A stretch of 64,000 nt of DNA. Source: Microcoleus sp. GTDB taxonomy: Bacteria > Cyanobacteriota > Cyanobacteriia > Cyanobacteriales > Microcoleaceae. The notes below the pieces were generated by a model. It saw nothing but the letters and a program-made list of their open reading frames with translations. It had not been told where the DNA came from and made no database searches. Numbering within the stretch: position 1 is the stretch's first letter; every line of letters starts with the position of its first letter. The stretch spans positions 416,001 to 480,000 of the forward strand of contig JAYFMW010000006.1 in the NCBI GenBank assembly GCA_042408215.1. Reading direction: 5' to 3'. Shown one piece after another: positions 9,882 through 20,300 of the stretch. The translations under genes and the position numbers were made by a program.

Positions 9882-11762
9882 ATGAGCTATGACCCCCGTT
9901 TTGACCGCTACCGATCGCCGAACTCGAAACGCCCAAAACAGCAGGACGATCGGACGAACTGGGCTAAACCAACGAAAAGGTCTGTTTCCGGCAACCCTAG
10001 CAGGCAGCCCAAACAGCAGTCGCAGCGCTTAAAACCTAACAAGTTCCGGTTGTGGGCTGTGTGGGCGGTGTTGATGCTGGGGGGGCTGGGGCTGGCTGTG
10101 AATTTGGTTTATTTGCAGGTGACGCGATCGACCGCGCTGCAAAAACAGGCCCAGGAGCAGCAAACTAGCAAAACTAAGCCGTTTGTGCCGAGACGCCCGA
10201 TTATTGACCGCAACGGGAATGTTTTGGCGATCGACAGACAGGTGTACACGCTCTACGCTCACCCGAAGTTATTCAAGCACACAAAGGCGGAAATCGCAGC
10301 TAAATTGGCTCCCATGCTCCCCATCAAAGTTAGGGCGGGGAATACGGCGGAAACAGAATTGCTGCAAAATTTCAACCTGGCTGAAAGCGGGATTAAACTT
10401 GCTGATTGGCTACCTCAAGAAGTGGCCGATCGAGTGGGTAGGATGCAAATTAAAGATAGTCTGGTGGATGGCTTGGAGTTGGTGCGACAGCAGCAGCGTT
10501 TTTACCCGCAGCAGGAATTAGTAGCCGATGTCCTTGGTTATGTGGATGAGGATCGGAAGGGGCAAGCAGGGGTAGAATACAGCCAGCAGAATTTGTTGGA
10601 ACGATCGATGCCGTCGATTCAATATAGCAAGTCGATCGATGGGAATTGGGTTCCCGATGGACTGTCGGCGGGATTTGTCCAATTGGATGACTTGAAATTG
10701 CAATTGACGATCGACAGCCGTTTGCAGCGGGCGGCGCGGATTGCTCTCAAGGAAAAAATGGAGAAACACGAGGCGAAGCGGGGCACGGTGATTGTGATGG
10801 ATGCCCGTAATGGGGAGTTGCTGTCGATGGTGGCGGAACCTTCTTATGACCCGAATCAGTATTTTAATTTTGGTTTGGAACGTTATAAAAATTGGGCTGT
10901 AACTGATGTTTACGAACCTGGTTCGACTTTTAAAGCGATTAATGTAGCGATCGCCCTAGAAGCGGGTGCCATCAAAGGTGATAGTGTATTTAACGACGAA
11001 GGTCGGATTTACATGAATCCCTGGACTATTCAAAATGCGGATTACCGATCGGCAGGGGCGCGCGGCCCTTCGACGGTGACAGATATTTTGAAACGTTCTA
11101 GTAATGTGGGGATGGTTCACATTATGAACACCATGAAACCTTCTCTTTACTATCAAGCTTTAGAAAAACTGGGACTGGGACAAAGTGCGGGAACAGATTT
11201 ACCTTTTGAAGTAACCAGTCAGCTAAAAAATCGAGAGCAATTTATTAATTCTCCGGTGGAAGTTGCTACTACTGCTTTTGGTCAAGGTTTTTCGATCACT
11301 CCGATTCAATTGGTGCAGCTTAATGGGGCTTTAGCAAACGGTGGCAAGTTAGTAACTCCTCACGTTGTGCGGGGACTTTTCGATCGGGAAGGCCAAGCTT
11401 ATTGGAAGCTTCCGAGGGCTGTAGTGAAGCAAGTTTTTTCGCCGGAAACTACTAAGCAAGTTTTAGAAATGATGGAAAGTGTTGTTGATGGAGGTACGGG
11501 GAAAGCCGCACAAATTCCCGGCTATCGGATTGCGGGGAAAACGGGTACGGCTCAAAAAGCTAGTGTTGGTGGTGGTGGTTATTCTAAGGCGATAATTACT
11601 AGCTTTGTGGGGATTATGCCTGTGAACGATCCTCGGTATGTGGTTTTGGCGGTGATTGATGAGCCGAAAGGGGGTTCGGGGGGGACTGTGGCGGGGCCGA
11701 TTGTGGAGTCGGTGATGGAGGCGCTGATTAGTATTGAGAAGATTCCACCTAGTCAGAAGTAG
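9882..11762 (+). CDS. ftsI: Class B penicillin-binding protein (FtsI/PBP3-like)
   Basis: N-terminal TM; RRPIIDRNG, EPGSTFK (SxxK), SSN (SxN), GKTGTAQK motifs. Confidence 0.9.
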   Translation: MSYDPRFDRYRSPNSKRPKQQDDRTNWAKPTKRSVSGNPSRQPKQQSQRLKPNKFRLWAVWAVLMLGGLGLAVNLVYLQVTRSTALQKQAQEQQTSKTKPFVPRRPIIDRNGNVLAIDRQVYTLYAHPKLFKHTKAEIAAKLAPMLPIKVRAGNTAETELLQNFNLAESGIKLADWLPQEVADRVGRMQIKDSLVDGLELVRQQQRFYPQQELVADVLGYVDEDRKGQAGVEYSQQNLLERSMPSIQYSKSIDGNWVPDGLSAGFVQLDDLKLQLTIDSRLQRAARIALKEKMEKHEAKRGTVIVMDARNGELLSMVAEPSYDPNQYFNFGLERYKNWAVTDVYEPGSTFKAINVAIALEAGAIKGDSVFNDEGRIYMNPWTIQNADYRSAGARGPSTVTDILKRSSNVGMVHIMNTMKPSLYYQALEKLGLGQSAGTDLPFEVTSQLKNREQFINSPVEVATTAFGQGFSITPIQLVQLNGALANGGKLVTPHVVRGLFDREGQAYWKLPRAVVKQVFSPETTKQVLEMMESVVDGGTGKAAQIPGYRIAGKTGTAQKASVGGGGYSKAIITSFVGIMPVNDPRYVVLAVIDEPKGGSGGTVAGPIVESVMEALISIEKIPPSQK

Positions 11763-11784
11763 CAAGGTCGGACACTCCACCGTG

Positions 11785-13750
11785 CCCTTCTTTGTGTCAA
11801 CAATCGCCTGAAACCCTTGGTATCTCTCGCTTTTACGCTAAGTCTAGATCCCCCTAAATCCCCCTTAAGAAGGGGGACTTTGATCGGAATCTTGTCCCCC
11901 CCTTCTTAAGGGGGGTTAGGGGGGATCTGGGACTAATAGTCAAACAACAGTCTCTGACTGGGTTTGACCTTAAGTTGACACTAAGAAGGGCACTGCCGTG
12001 TCCTGATTGCGGCCGTGTCCTGATTGCGGCCGTGTCCTAATTTCGGGCAATGCCGTTTCCCTACCCCCAAATCATCGATCGCGCGATCGCATTTAACCAT
12101 CCCCGATTCCTAGGGAGACTCCAGGAGCCCTTCTTTGTGTCAACAATCGCCTGAAACCCTTGGTATCTCTCGCTTTTACCTAAGTCTAGATCCCCCTAAA
12201 TCCCCCTTAAGAAGGGGGACTTTGAGAAGAATCTTGTCCCCCCCTTCTTAAGGGGGGTTAGGGGGGATCTGGCCTTAATAGTCAAACAACAGTCTCTGAC
12301 TGGGTTTGACCTTAAGTTGACACTAAGAAGGGCACTGCCGTGTCCTGATTGCGGCCGTGTCCTGATTGCGGCCGTGTCCTAATTTCGGGCAATGCCGTTT
12401 CCCTACCCCTAAATCATCATCGCGCGATCGCATTTAACCATCCCCGATTCCTAGGGACACTCCAGGAGCCCTTCTTTGTGTCAACAATCGCCTGAAAGCC
12501 TTGAGAAATCTAGTTCACAGTCGAGTCTAGATCCCCCTAAATCCCCCTTAAGAAGGGGGACTTTGATCGGAATCTTGTCCCCCCCTTCTTAAGGGGGGTT
12601 AGGGGGGATCTGGCCTTAATAGTCAAACAACAGTCTCTGACTGGGTTTGACCTTAAGTTGACACTAAGAAGGGCACTGCCGTGTCCTGATTGCGGCCGTG
12701 TCCTGATGGCGGCCGTGTCCTGATTTCGGGCAATGCCGTTTCCCTACCCCCAAATCATCATCGCGCGATCGCATTTAACCATCCCCGATTCCTAGGGAGA
12801 CTCCAGGAGCCCTTCTTCGTGTCAACAATCGCCTGAAACCCTTGAGAAATCTGGGTTTTACGCCAAGTCTAGATCCCCCTAAATCCCCCTTAAGAAGGGG
12901 GACTTTGAGAAGAATCTTGTCCCCCCCTTCTTAAGGGGGGTTAGGGGGGATCTGGCCTTAATAGTCAAACAACAGTCTCTGACTGGGTTTGACCTTAAGT
13001 TGACACTAAGAAGGGCACTGCCGTGTCCTGATTGCGGCCGTGTCCTGATTGCAGCCGTGTCCTAATTTCGGGCAATGCCGTTTCCCTACCCCCTAAATCA
13101 TCATCGCGCGATCGCATTTAACCATCCCCGATTCCTAGGGACACTCCAGGCGCCCTTCTTTGTGTCAACAATCGCCTGAAACCTTGGTATCTCTCGCTTT
13201 TACCTAAGTCTAGATCCCCCTAAATCCCCCTTAAGAAGGGGGACTTTGAGAAGACTCCTGTCCCCCCCTTCTTAAGGGGGGCTAGGGGGGATCTGGCCTT
13301 AATAGTCAAACAGCAATCTCTGACTGGGTTTGACCTTAAGTTGACACCAATGGGCACGCTTGAGTGTCCTGATTGCGGCCTTGTCCTGATTACTGCCTTG
13401 TCCTAATTTCGGGCAATGCCGTTTCCCTACCCCTAAAACATCATCGCGCGATCGCATTTAACCATCCCCGATTCCTAGGGAGACTCCAGGAGCCCTTCTT
13501 TGTGTCAACAATCGCCTGAAACCCTTGAGAAATCTGGGTTTTACGCCAAGTCTAGATCCCCCTAAATCCCCCTTAAGAAGGGGGACTTTGATCGGAATCT
13601 TGTCCCCCCCTTCTTAAGGGGGGCTAGGGGGGATCTGGCCTTAATAGTCAAACAACAGTCTCTGACTGGGTTTGACCTTAAGTTGACACTAAGAAGGGCA
13701 CTGCCGTGTCCTGATTGCGGCCGTGTCCTGATTGCAGCCGTGTCCTGATT
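11785..13750. repeat. Tandem array of six ~342-bp composite units (206-bp MITE plus REP-like linker)
   Basis: Units start at ~11785, 12128, 12469, 12810, 13153, 13493; TIRs CCCTTCTTTGTGTCAAC / GTTGACACTAAGAAGGG; internal palindrome CCCCCTTAAGAAGGGGG...CCCCCTTCTTAAGGGGG. Confidence 0.95.
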
Positions 13751-13759
13751 TGATTAATC

Positions 13760-14392
13760 TCAGTAACAAAATCTATTTTTATCGTTGTCTGGATTAGGTT
13801 TGCTTTGTCTTTGGGCGATGCGTTTGTGCCCTAAAATTGTAGAGATGATGACGCATCGATCGCCATTTTTGAGATGAGGATGATATAGTGTTAGGGTTCC
13901 TTTTGCTTGTATACTGGTTAGACCGCACTCGTCACTGACTTTATACACTGGGCAACCTTGGTAATTGAATAGGGCACGCCAGACAGTTCCATTTTCTTTG
14001 ACTAGATTTGTGTTCTCATTGACCTTACGCAATGTTGTGTCATTTGTATTGATCTGAATTTGGGGCTCTAAGCTTTTCCATTCACCGGCGGGTACTTTGG
14101 CTGGGGAAATATCGGATTTGTGAACTGCTACTTGTACTGTTTCTCCGACTTGTTTGAAGCTGGCTTGGTATGCGATGTTGTCGCGTTTGGCGTTGCTGCG
14201 GGCTGTTACCATTGCGGAATAAGCTCTGTCTAGTGATAGTTTTAAGCGGTAGTTGTTGATGAACATTAGCCAGCTTGGGGCGACGAGGGCGCTGAATATT
14301 CCGATGATTAAGACGATGATTAATATTTCAAGCATTGTAAAACCCGCAGCAGATGCAGTTGCTCTGCTTTTGATCGCTTTATTTATTGACAT
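13760..14392 (-). CDS. Type IV pilin-like (pseudopilin) protein
   Basis: Prepilin cleavage site AG|FTMLEILII; C-terminal RCVIISTILG. Confidence 0.85.
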   Translation of the reverse strand: MSINKAIKSRATASAAGFTMLEILIIVLIIGIFSALVAPSWLMFINNYRLKLSLDRAYSAMVTARSNAKRDNIAYQASFKQVGETVQVAVHKSDISPAKVPAGEWKSLEPQIQINTNDTTLRKVNENTNLVKENGTVWRALFNYQGCPVYKVSDECGLTSIQAKGTLTLYHPHLKNGDRCVIISTILGHKRIAQRQSKPNPDNDKNRFCY

Positions 14393-14838
14393 TTGGATGC
14401 ACTCCTAAATGTTTGGGTTGAAAAAAAGTTAGGGCGGCTATTTTAGATTTGGTTTATTTTAAGTGCTGAATTTGGTGTTTGTGTAGATCGGTATTTACTG
14501 AATTTTGGGAAAATGCCCGATCGCACTTTCGATGTGGATCATATTTGTGAGGGATCGATCGCATTTTGGATCGATGAATATGGAAAACCAGGGTTTTGTA
14601 GGGGTAATGTTTCGGTGCCTACCCCACCCCACTTTCAACGCGAGGTTTCTACTGGCTATTTTGCTTGATTGACGTCAATAGTTGATTTCATGGTTAGACG
14701 ATTATTTGTTTTAGTTCTAATAGCATAGTTTGTCTGTTTTGATTGGATTTGCAATATAAAATAATTTAAATTAATATATCTTAACAATTCAGGACTGACG
14801 CGGAATTGATGTTAGAGATTGAAAAAATATCTGCGGGG

Positions 14839-15474
14839 CTACGGGCAACCCGTCCCTTCATCAGTTGTCATTGCTCCTAAAATGGTTTGAACAATCACAC
14901 ACTTTTTCGCACCAGGAACAGGAGCAACTGTGACAGAAAAGCCATCAGTTATTTGTCGTGGTGTTTGAGTCTGTATTAATGGGCTTGTGATGTTTCCTTG
15001 ATAATCAAAGGTAATTGATTTGATTGTCTTATCTGCATTAGCTTGAGTTGAAAGTACAATAGTGCCGGGTTTGATTTCACCGCCGCCGTTGAAAGTCACT
15101 GTTTGTATCGGAGAGGTTGTTGTGAGAGCGGTTTGTAGGGGAGGGTTTGTGGTCGGATCTGTTAGGTTAATCGTAACTTTTGGCGGATCGACAGATGTAT
15201 CAAATGTAACTGTGATATTGCGCTTATTTCGCTTTGCTTCGCTTTGTGCACTTCGCAAGGTTTGGAAAACGCGATCGTTCACAGTGCGAACCCTTTGATT
15301 GTTGATGAATGCCAGCCAACCGGGAACGGCGATCGAGGTTAGTATACCTACGATCAACACTATCATCATCATTTCTAGAAGAGAGAACCCCTCATCGCCC
15401 TTTCTGGATGTTGGAAATTGCGGGTTGCTAGTCTTAGAAATCTGCAAGACTTTTAATAATATTGGGATTTTCAT
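14839..15474 (-). CDS. Type IV pilin-like protein (HpsD/FimT-like)
   Basis: EG|FSLLEMMM prepilin motif; KKCVIVQTILGAM. Confidence 0.85.
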   Translation of the reverse strand: MKIPILLKVLQISKTSNPQFPTSRKGDEGFSLLEMMMIVLIVGILTSIAVPGWLAFINNQRVRTVNDRVFQTLRSAQSEAKRNKRNITVTFDTSVDPPKVTINLTDPTTNPPLQTALTTTSPIQTVTFNGGGEIKPGTIVLSTQANADKTIKSITFDYQGNITSPLIQTQTPRQITDGFSVTVAPVPGAKKCVIVQTILGAMTTDEGTGCP

Positions 15475-15532
15475 TTTACTCTCCTGTGTGCTCTGCTATT
15501 GGCGCGATTCGGAAATCAGTATCAGACATCAG

Positions 15533-16597
15533 TTATTTTCCTACCGCACCGAGACCTTTTACTTGCACGGTTGTTATTGGGAAAAATGCCAATTTGTTGG
15601 GATCATAATCAACATCGTTGAGTTGAATGCGGCGCAGGCTATTTCCTCTGATTGTGACTCTGGCTATGTTATTAGATGTATCAACACAAGCGTAGAAGCT
15701 GTTGGTTGAGTTGTCTGTTATTTTTAAAGTTGTTTCTGGGACTGCTATGTTAGTTTTTAGGTTGATAGGATTACCAAGAGCAGTCTGGCATTCAGTGCCT
15801 GTGACTGTCGGCCCTGCGCTGTGGTCGATGTAGTTAACCAATACTTCATGATTGGGAAAACCGGCTCCCGTCGTCACATTTACCGTGGGCTTACTCAAGT
15901 CAAAACTTGTATTAAAAGCTATATCTCGTTGTTGAGTGTCTTTTGTTTCAGTATCACTGTAGTAAAGATCTGCCATACTTGTCGCGTTAGGGTTTCTGAT
16001 TCCATCCGTAATTTCGTAGCGAGCAATGCGGGTAGGACAAGTGCCTCCTGAAGGCTGACACCAAGTAGCGTCGCTGTCTTTAAACTGGTAGTAGGCAACT
16101 AATGAAAGTACATAGGTGTCGTCGCATTTACCAGCGTTACTTGGCAGGTCGCAGGTTTTTGGTGTTACCGTCTCAGCAACTTTTGGGTTAAAAGGAATAG
16201 AATTTTTCCTCGGTTGCTGCTTCCAAAATACGAGGATCGGAGTTCCATTATCAGGTTTAGGAAGTTGGTCTTTGATAGCAGGGATGCCTGTAGGAGTAGT
16301 GGTGGGAGTGCTGGTAGTAGCGGGATTATTATCATAAATATAAATAGCTTGGCTCAAATCTTGGGAGATGAAATCAGCGGCGGCCTGAATATCTTGCTCG
16401 GTGTTTGATTTGACTTGTTCTCTCCTGTCGGTATTCAGCATATCCACTACAAAGGTGAGCATCGGCGTAATGATCAGAAATGCCATAATCGAGCCGACTA
16501 ATAGCTCGACGAGAGTCATGCCTTTTTCTGTTTGAGCTGGCCCGGAGCGGTTTCGCTGGTGCTGACTTTTTAGAAGCAACCTGAGTAAAGTTTTCAT
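15533..16597 (-). CDS. hpsC: Hormogonium polysaccharide secretion pseudopilin, HpsC-like
   Basis: KG|MTLVELLV motif; DLSQAIYIY and PILVFWK motifs; position in the hps cluster. Confidence 0.75.
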   Translation of the reverse strand: MKTLLRLLLKSQHQRNRSGPAQTEKGMTLVELLVGSIMAFLIITPMLTFVVDMLNTDRREQVKSNTEQDIQAAADFISQDLSQAIYIYDNNPATTSTPTTTPTGIPAIKDQLPKPDNGTPILVFWKQQPRKNSIPFNPKVAETVTPKTCDLPSNAGKCDDTYVLSLVAYYQFKDSDATWCQPSGGTCPTRIARYEITDGIRNPNATSMADLYYSDTETKDTQQRDIAFNTSFDLSKPTVNVTTGAGFPNHEVLVNYIDHSAGPTVTGTECQTALGNPINLKTNIAVPETTLKITDNSTNSFYACVDTSNNIARVTIRGNSLRRIQLNDVDYDPNKLAFFPITTVQVKGLGAVGK

Positions 16598-16655
16598 TTT
16601 GACTTTTCCTCTGTCAAATGGGGGGAGCGATTTTAATCTAATAACAAGGAATTTG

Positions 16656-17360
16656 CTAGTGACACTTTAGAGAACCATCTTTGAGGCGATCGCACAACGA
16701 TCCATACGCGGAGGCCTCTCCTGTAGGGGGAATTTGTGATTGCATTACCACCAAAGGCGCTTGAGGATTGCCCAGAGCGGAATTAGCGACTGATTGCTGT
16801 GTAGTTGTCATCGTCTTTCCGGTAAACCCATCCGCCCGGTAAACCCGCACAGTCAGGTCGTAGCCTGTTGTTGTCGGATCGGTGGTCGGATTAGCTGGAT
16901 TTCGCCAAGCGCCCTGAACGTAAAAGTCTTTGTTGCTGTTGGGGGAACAACCTCCCCCATCCGTGTCAACGCAGTACAAAATAGCAAGGTTTGTAGGAGC
17001 AGCAGGAATAGTAGCAGCATCTGCGACAGGGAAACCTGTATCTGTCGATTTGATCGCCCCCGCTCGCAAACCATCAACGTAAGCTCTCCCCGCCATCGCA
17101 GCCAGTTCGATCCGCCGCGCTTGGACGCGAATTGCTACTGAGTAGGCCATCACAGGGGCGATCGCAATCATCAGTACCGAAACCACAACCATCGCTACCA
17201 ACGACTCCATAATCGTGTAGCCAGAATCTTGTGGCTTCGATTTTTGGGCGCAACTCCCAGATTTACTCTCAGTCGGCTGGCTGCTGAATTCTGTTTCTGT
17301 CTTTGCTCCCTCGAATAACAAGGGTTGCGAGTAGCTGTTGTCTTTTAGTAGTTTATTCAT
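16656..17360 (-). CDS. hpsB: Hormogonium polysaccharide secretion pseudopilin, HpsB-like
   Basis: SG|YTIMESLVAM motif after a long leader; RVQARRIELA; directly downstream of hpsA. Confidence 0.7.
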   Translation of the reverse strand: MNKLLKDNSYSQPLLFEGAKTETEFSSQPTESKSGSCAQKSKPQDSGYTIMESLVAMVVVSVLMIAIAPVMAYSVAIRVQARRIELAAMAGRAYVDGLRAGAIKSTDTGFPVADAATIPAAPTNLAILYCVDTDGGGCSPNSNKDFYVQGAWRNPANPTTDPTTTGYDLTVRVYRADGFTGKTMTTTQQSVANSALGNPQAPLVVMQSQIPPTGEASAYGSLCDRLKDGSLKCH

Positions 17361-17362
17361 GA

Positions 17363-20300
17363 TTAGGCACCTGCTTTAGATTTGCAGAATGAATCTGTTG
17401 GGCGCAAATTGCTACTGACAGCTTTCGTTGTCCCCGCAGTGTCATCAATGAAGGCACACAACAATGTTTGTACCCACTCATCATCGCGAGGTACTTCCTG
17501 GAAATACTCGTCCGGGGTGCGTTTTGTGGGAGGAGTCGTGAACTTTCGGGTAAACAAGTCGGGCGGCTGAGATAGTAAGCCCAAGTCATAACCCCAATTC
17601 CGAGCAGGAGGGCTGAAGAAGGGAATGCTACCGTTGCCGCATCAGTTCTGTATGAAAGCTTTTGGAACACCGCCATTGTAAGTGACTGCGGGTGGGGCTG
17701 GGCTCGGTGGGTTTGGCGGTGAATCGAAAAGACTCCGCAACTTAGTGGAGTGAAGCTTGTCTGCTGCGACGCCTCCAGATCTAGAATCGGGATATAGGGC
17801 GCGGTGTTGTAGGCACTCCGACCGAACTGAATAAAGGAACCCTGGATATTTGTGGAAACTGCCCCGGAATCCCAGCTTTCCAAGAAGCGGGGCAAGTTTT
17901 GCAGACCGCCGTTAAAGTCACCGACATTACCGAGCGATCGCGAAGGAGTATCGTTCGAGCCTACGACCATATTAAATGTTGTCGTGTACAGCCCTCGTTA
18001 TCCACCCGGTCTTCCCTCACAACACCTGCACCTGTCTGGCAAGGTGGTCGATGAAGCAGCCGCTGGCGCCGCCGTCACAGTTTGGATCTGCAAAACCGGC
18101 ATGAGTAGCGGCTGCGAGCTTTCGTTCGTTGCTTGTGCGACTAATTTTGGCAGATCTGCACCGCTCCCGTCCTTCAGCGCCTGGTTAAACACATAGGGAA
18201 GATTGTTCTGAGCCGTAAGTCACTGTAGTAGCGGCATACGCATCAGTCGTCGCAAACCACAGAGAATTATCTGTTGTTAAATTTGTGCCTGGCCCACTAA
18301 CAACTGTAGCTGATGTTCCTGTGCCACTAATCCCTAATGGCACAGGAGTAGTTGGCGTATTAATGGGTAAGTGTAAGTAGGCGGGATAGTTGGAGGGCTA
18401 GCAGGAGTTCTCGTTCTCAAAAAAGCAACACGGCGGGGGAAGCGTTGCAATTCTGGGGTTGGCGGGGTAGCTGTTGTTCCGGCTCCGGCTATAAAGTCTG
18501 CACCGGTAATGTTAGTGTCTGCCCTTTTGGGTGTTGTCCCCAGAGTTACGAACCAGTCTGCATCCGTACACGCAGAAACCGGGATTTTGTTACAAACTTC
18601 CATTAAATACTCTGGGAATTTACCGCGCCGCTGCACTGGAGTGACGAAGTTGTTGAAGTAAGAACTGCTAACAGGATTGCTATTTTTTGCGTAGTTGTCG
18701 TCTGTAAGTGTTGTGCCTCCTGTGTTGACTAATTGACCGCTCGTAGCATTGAACGCCCCGCTGGAAAGTCCGTTTGTCACAAAGTTGTTGTTGAAAAATC
18801 CTTGCTGTTTGCGAAGCATTACAGCAGCAGCACCGGCATTATTTCTCAGGTCAAAATCTCCCTCGTTGCGGAAGCCAAAACGGTAATTTTTTGAAAGCAG
18901 GGTGACAGCATCTGCCAGTATGTTTGCGGGACGCCAGGTGTCGCCGGTTGTACATTTACCACCTAATCTGGGGTCGCTTGGGCGACAGGCAAAGTTCTTA
19001 TTGAGGTTTGCGGCTGCGCGATCGTAAAAGGCACTCCAATCACCCACGGCCTGAGTAAACTCTTCGCCGGAGTGAGGGTTAAATTCGTCTTTGATGTAAA
19101 CGGGCAAATTAGATGCCAAAGTCAGCCCCTTTTCCATGACTACATCCGCCACAGTAGCGGAGGAACCAGGAACTCTGCCTAGCTCCTTACCATTAACAAG
19201 TAGAATTCCGTTGGGCTTGCGAGTAGGGTCTAGCCGGGAATCTGTGGGGCTGACTGTTGCGCTGCTACTTTCATCTATGCCACCTGCGGCAAGACCAGGG
19301 CGAGCACTGCGATCGGGCAGGGCATCATCTCGGCTGGCATAAATAATCCCGCTGTTTGGCAGTAAATACTCGTCCGTTCCAAATTTAGTCCTTCGCAGTA
19401 CATCGAGGTCTATCTGAGTGGCACGAATTTCTAGGGGTTGCCTTTCTTCTAAGGGCTGGTTGTAGTTCCCTGTTAGCTTTGCTGCTGGTGGGTTTTTACC
19501 ATCGTGGTCGAGACCTAGTTTACTGCTGAGCGTAAAGGCTTCGTTAACGTTTGGGGTAGTCCGGTCATCGCGATCGATCGCCTTGATTTCTCTAGCATTC
19601 AAAAATGCTACTTCTTGGATAGCCCCGTGAGGAATCAGTGCCGGATTGGGAGGCCTATCTCGCCCTTAAGTATCTGTAGCGCGCAATTCGTTGAGTCGAT
19701 CGCAGCTTTTTCTGCCAAAGTGCGATCGGTGTCTGCTTTCTGAAGAGCATCTCTCAACGGCTTATTAGCAAACCGACCGTCGGGGAAGACTAAATTAGCT
19801 TGCATATCCAAAGCGGCTTCTCCGCCACTAAGCAAGCCTGTTGTAGCAGAAAGCGTTGAAGCGGCACCCGGTCGCGCTTTCGGGGGGGCGTAGGTGATGC
19901 CGTTGTTGGAGCCGATAAAGGCCTGCCGTGTTCCCAGTCCAGGTGCGCGTGTTGCGATATCTGGTGCGAGCGCTCCCTGGCCGCTGACATCGGTTAGGCT
20001 TCCCGTCGAGATGTTTTTCGCTGTGGAAGCGTTGCTAGGGTCGTAATAGCTGCTGACGCAGGCCAGCGGTTTGTCATTCAACTCTCCCTTGGCCGGGGGA
20101 TTATCTTCATAGTGATAAACTGCTGTCGCCCGCATCCGCAAGTCGCCCTTGGCATATTTCTTAGCGGTGGTAGCCTGCTCAACAATACCTGGAAGTAGAG
20201 TAGTAGAGGCGACTGCTGATGGGAGAGTTGCGCTGATATCGGTAGAACTAGACCAAGCTGGGAGCCAGGGAGTCCAGTTACCGGCAACATTATCATATAC

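Noticed and set aside
11785..13750. CRISPR array
   Set aside because: Constant parts are ~300 bp, the variable slots are short and recur between units, and there are no cas genes in the window
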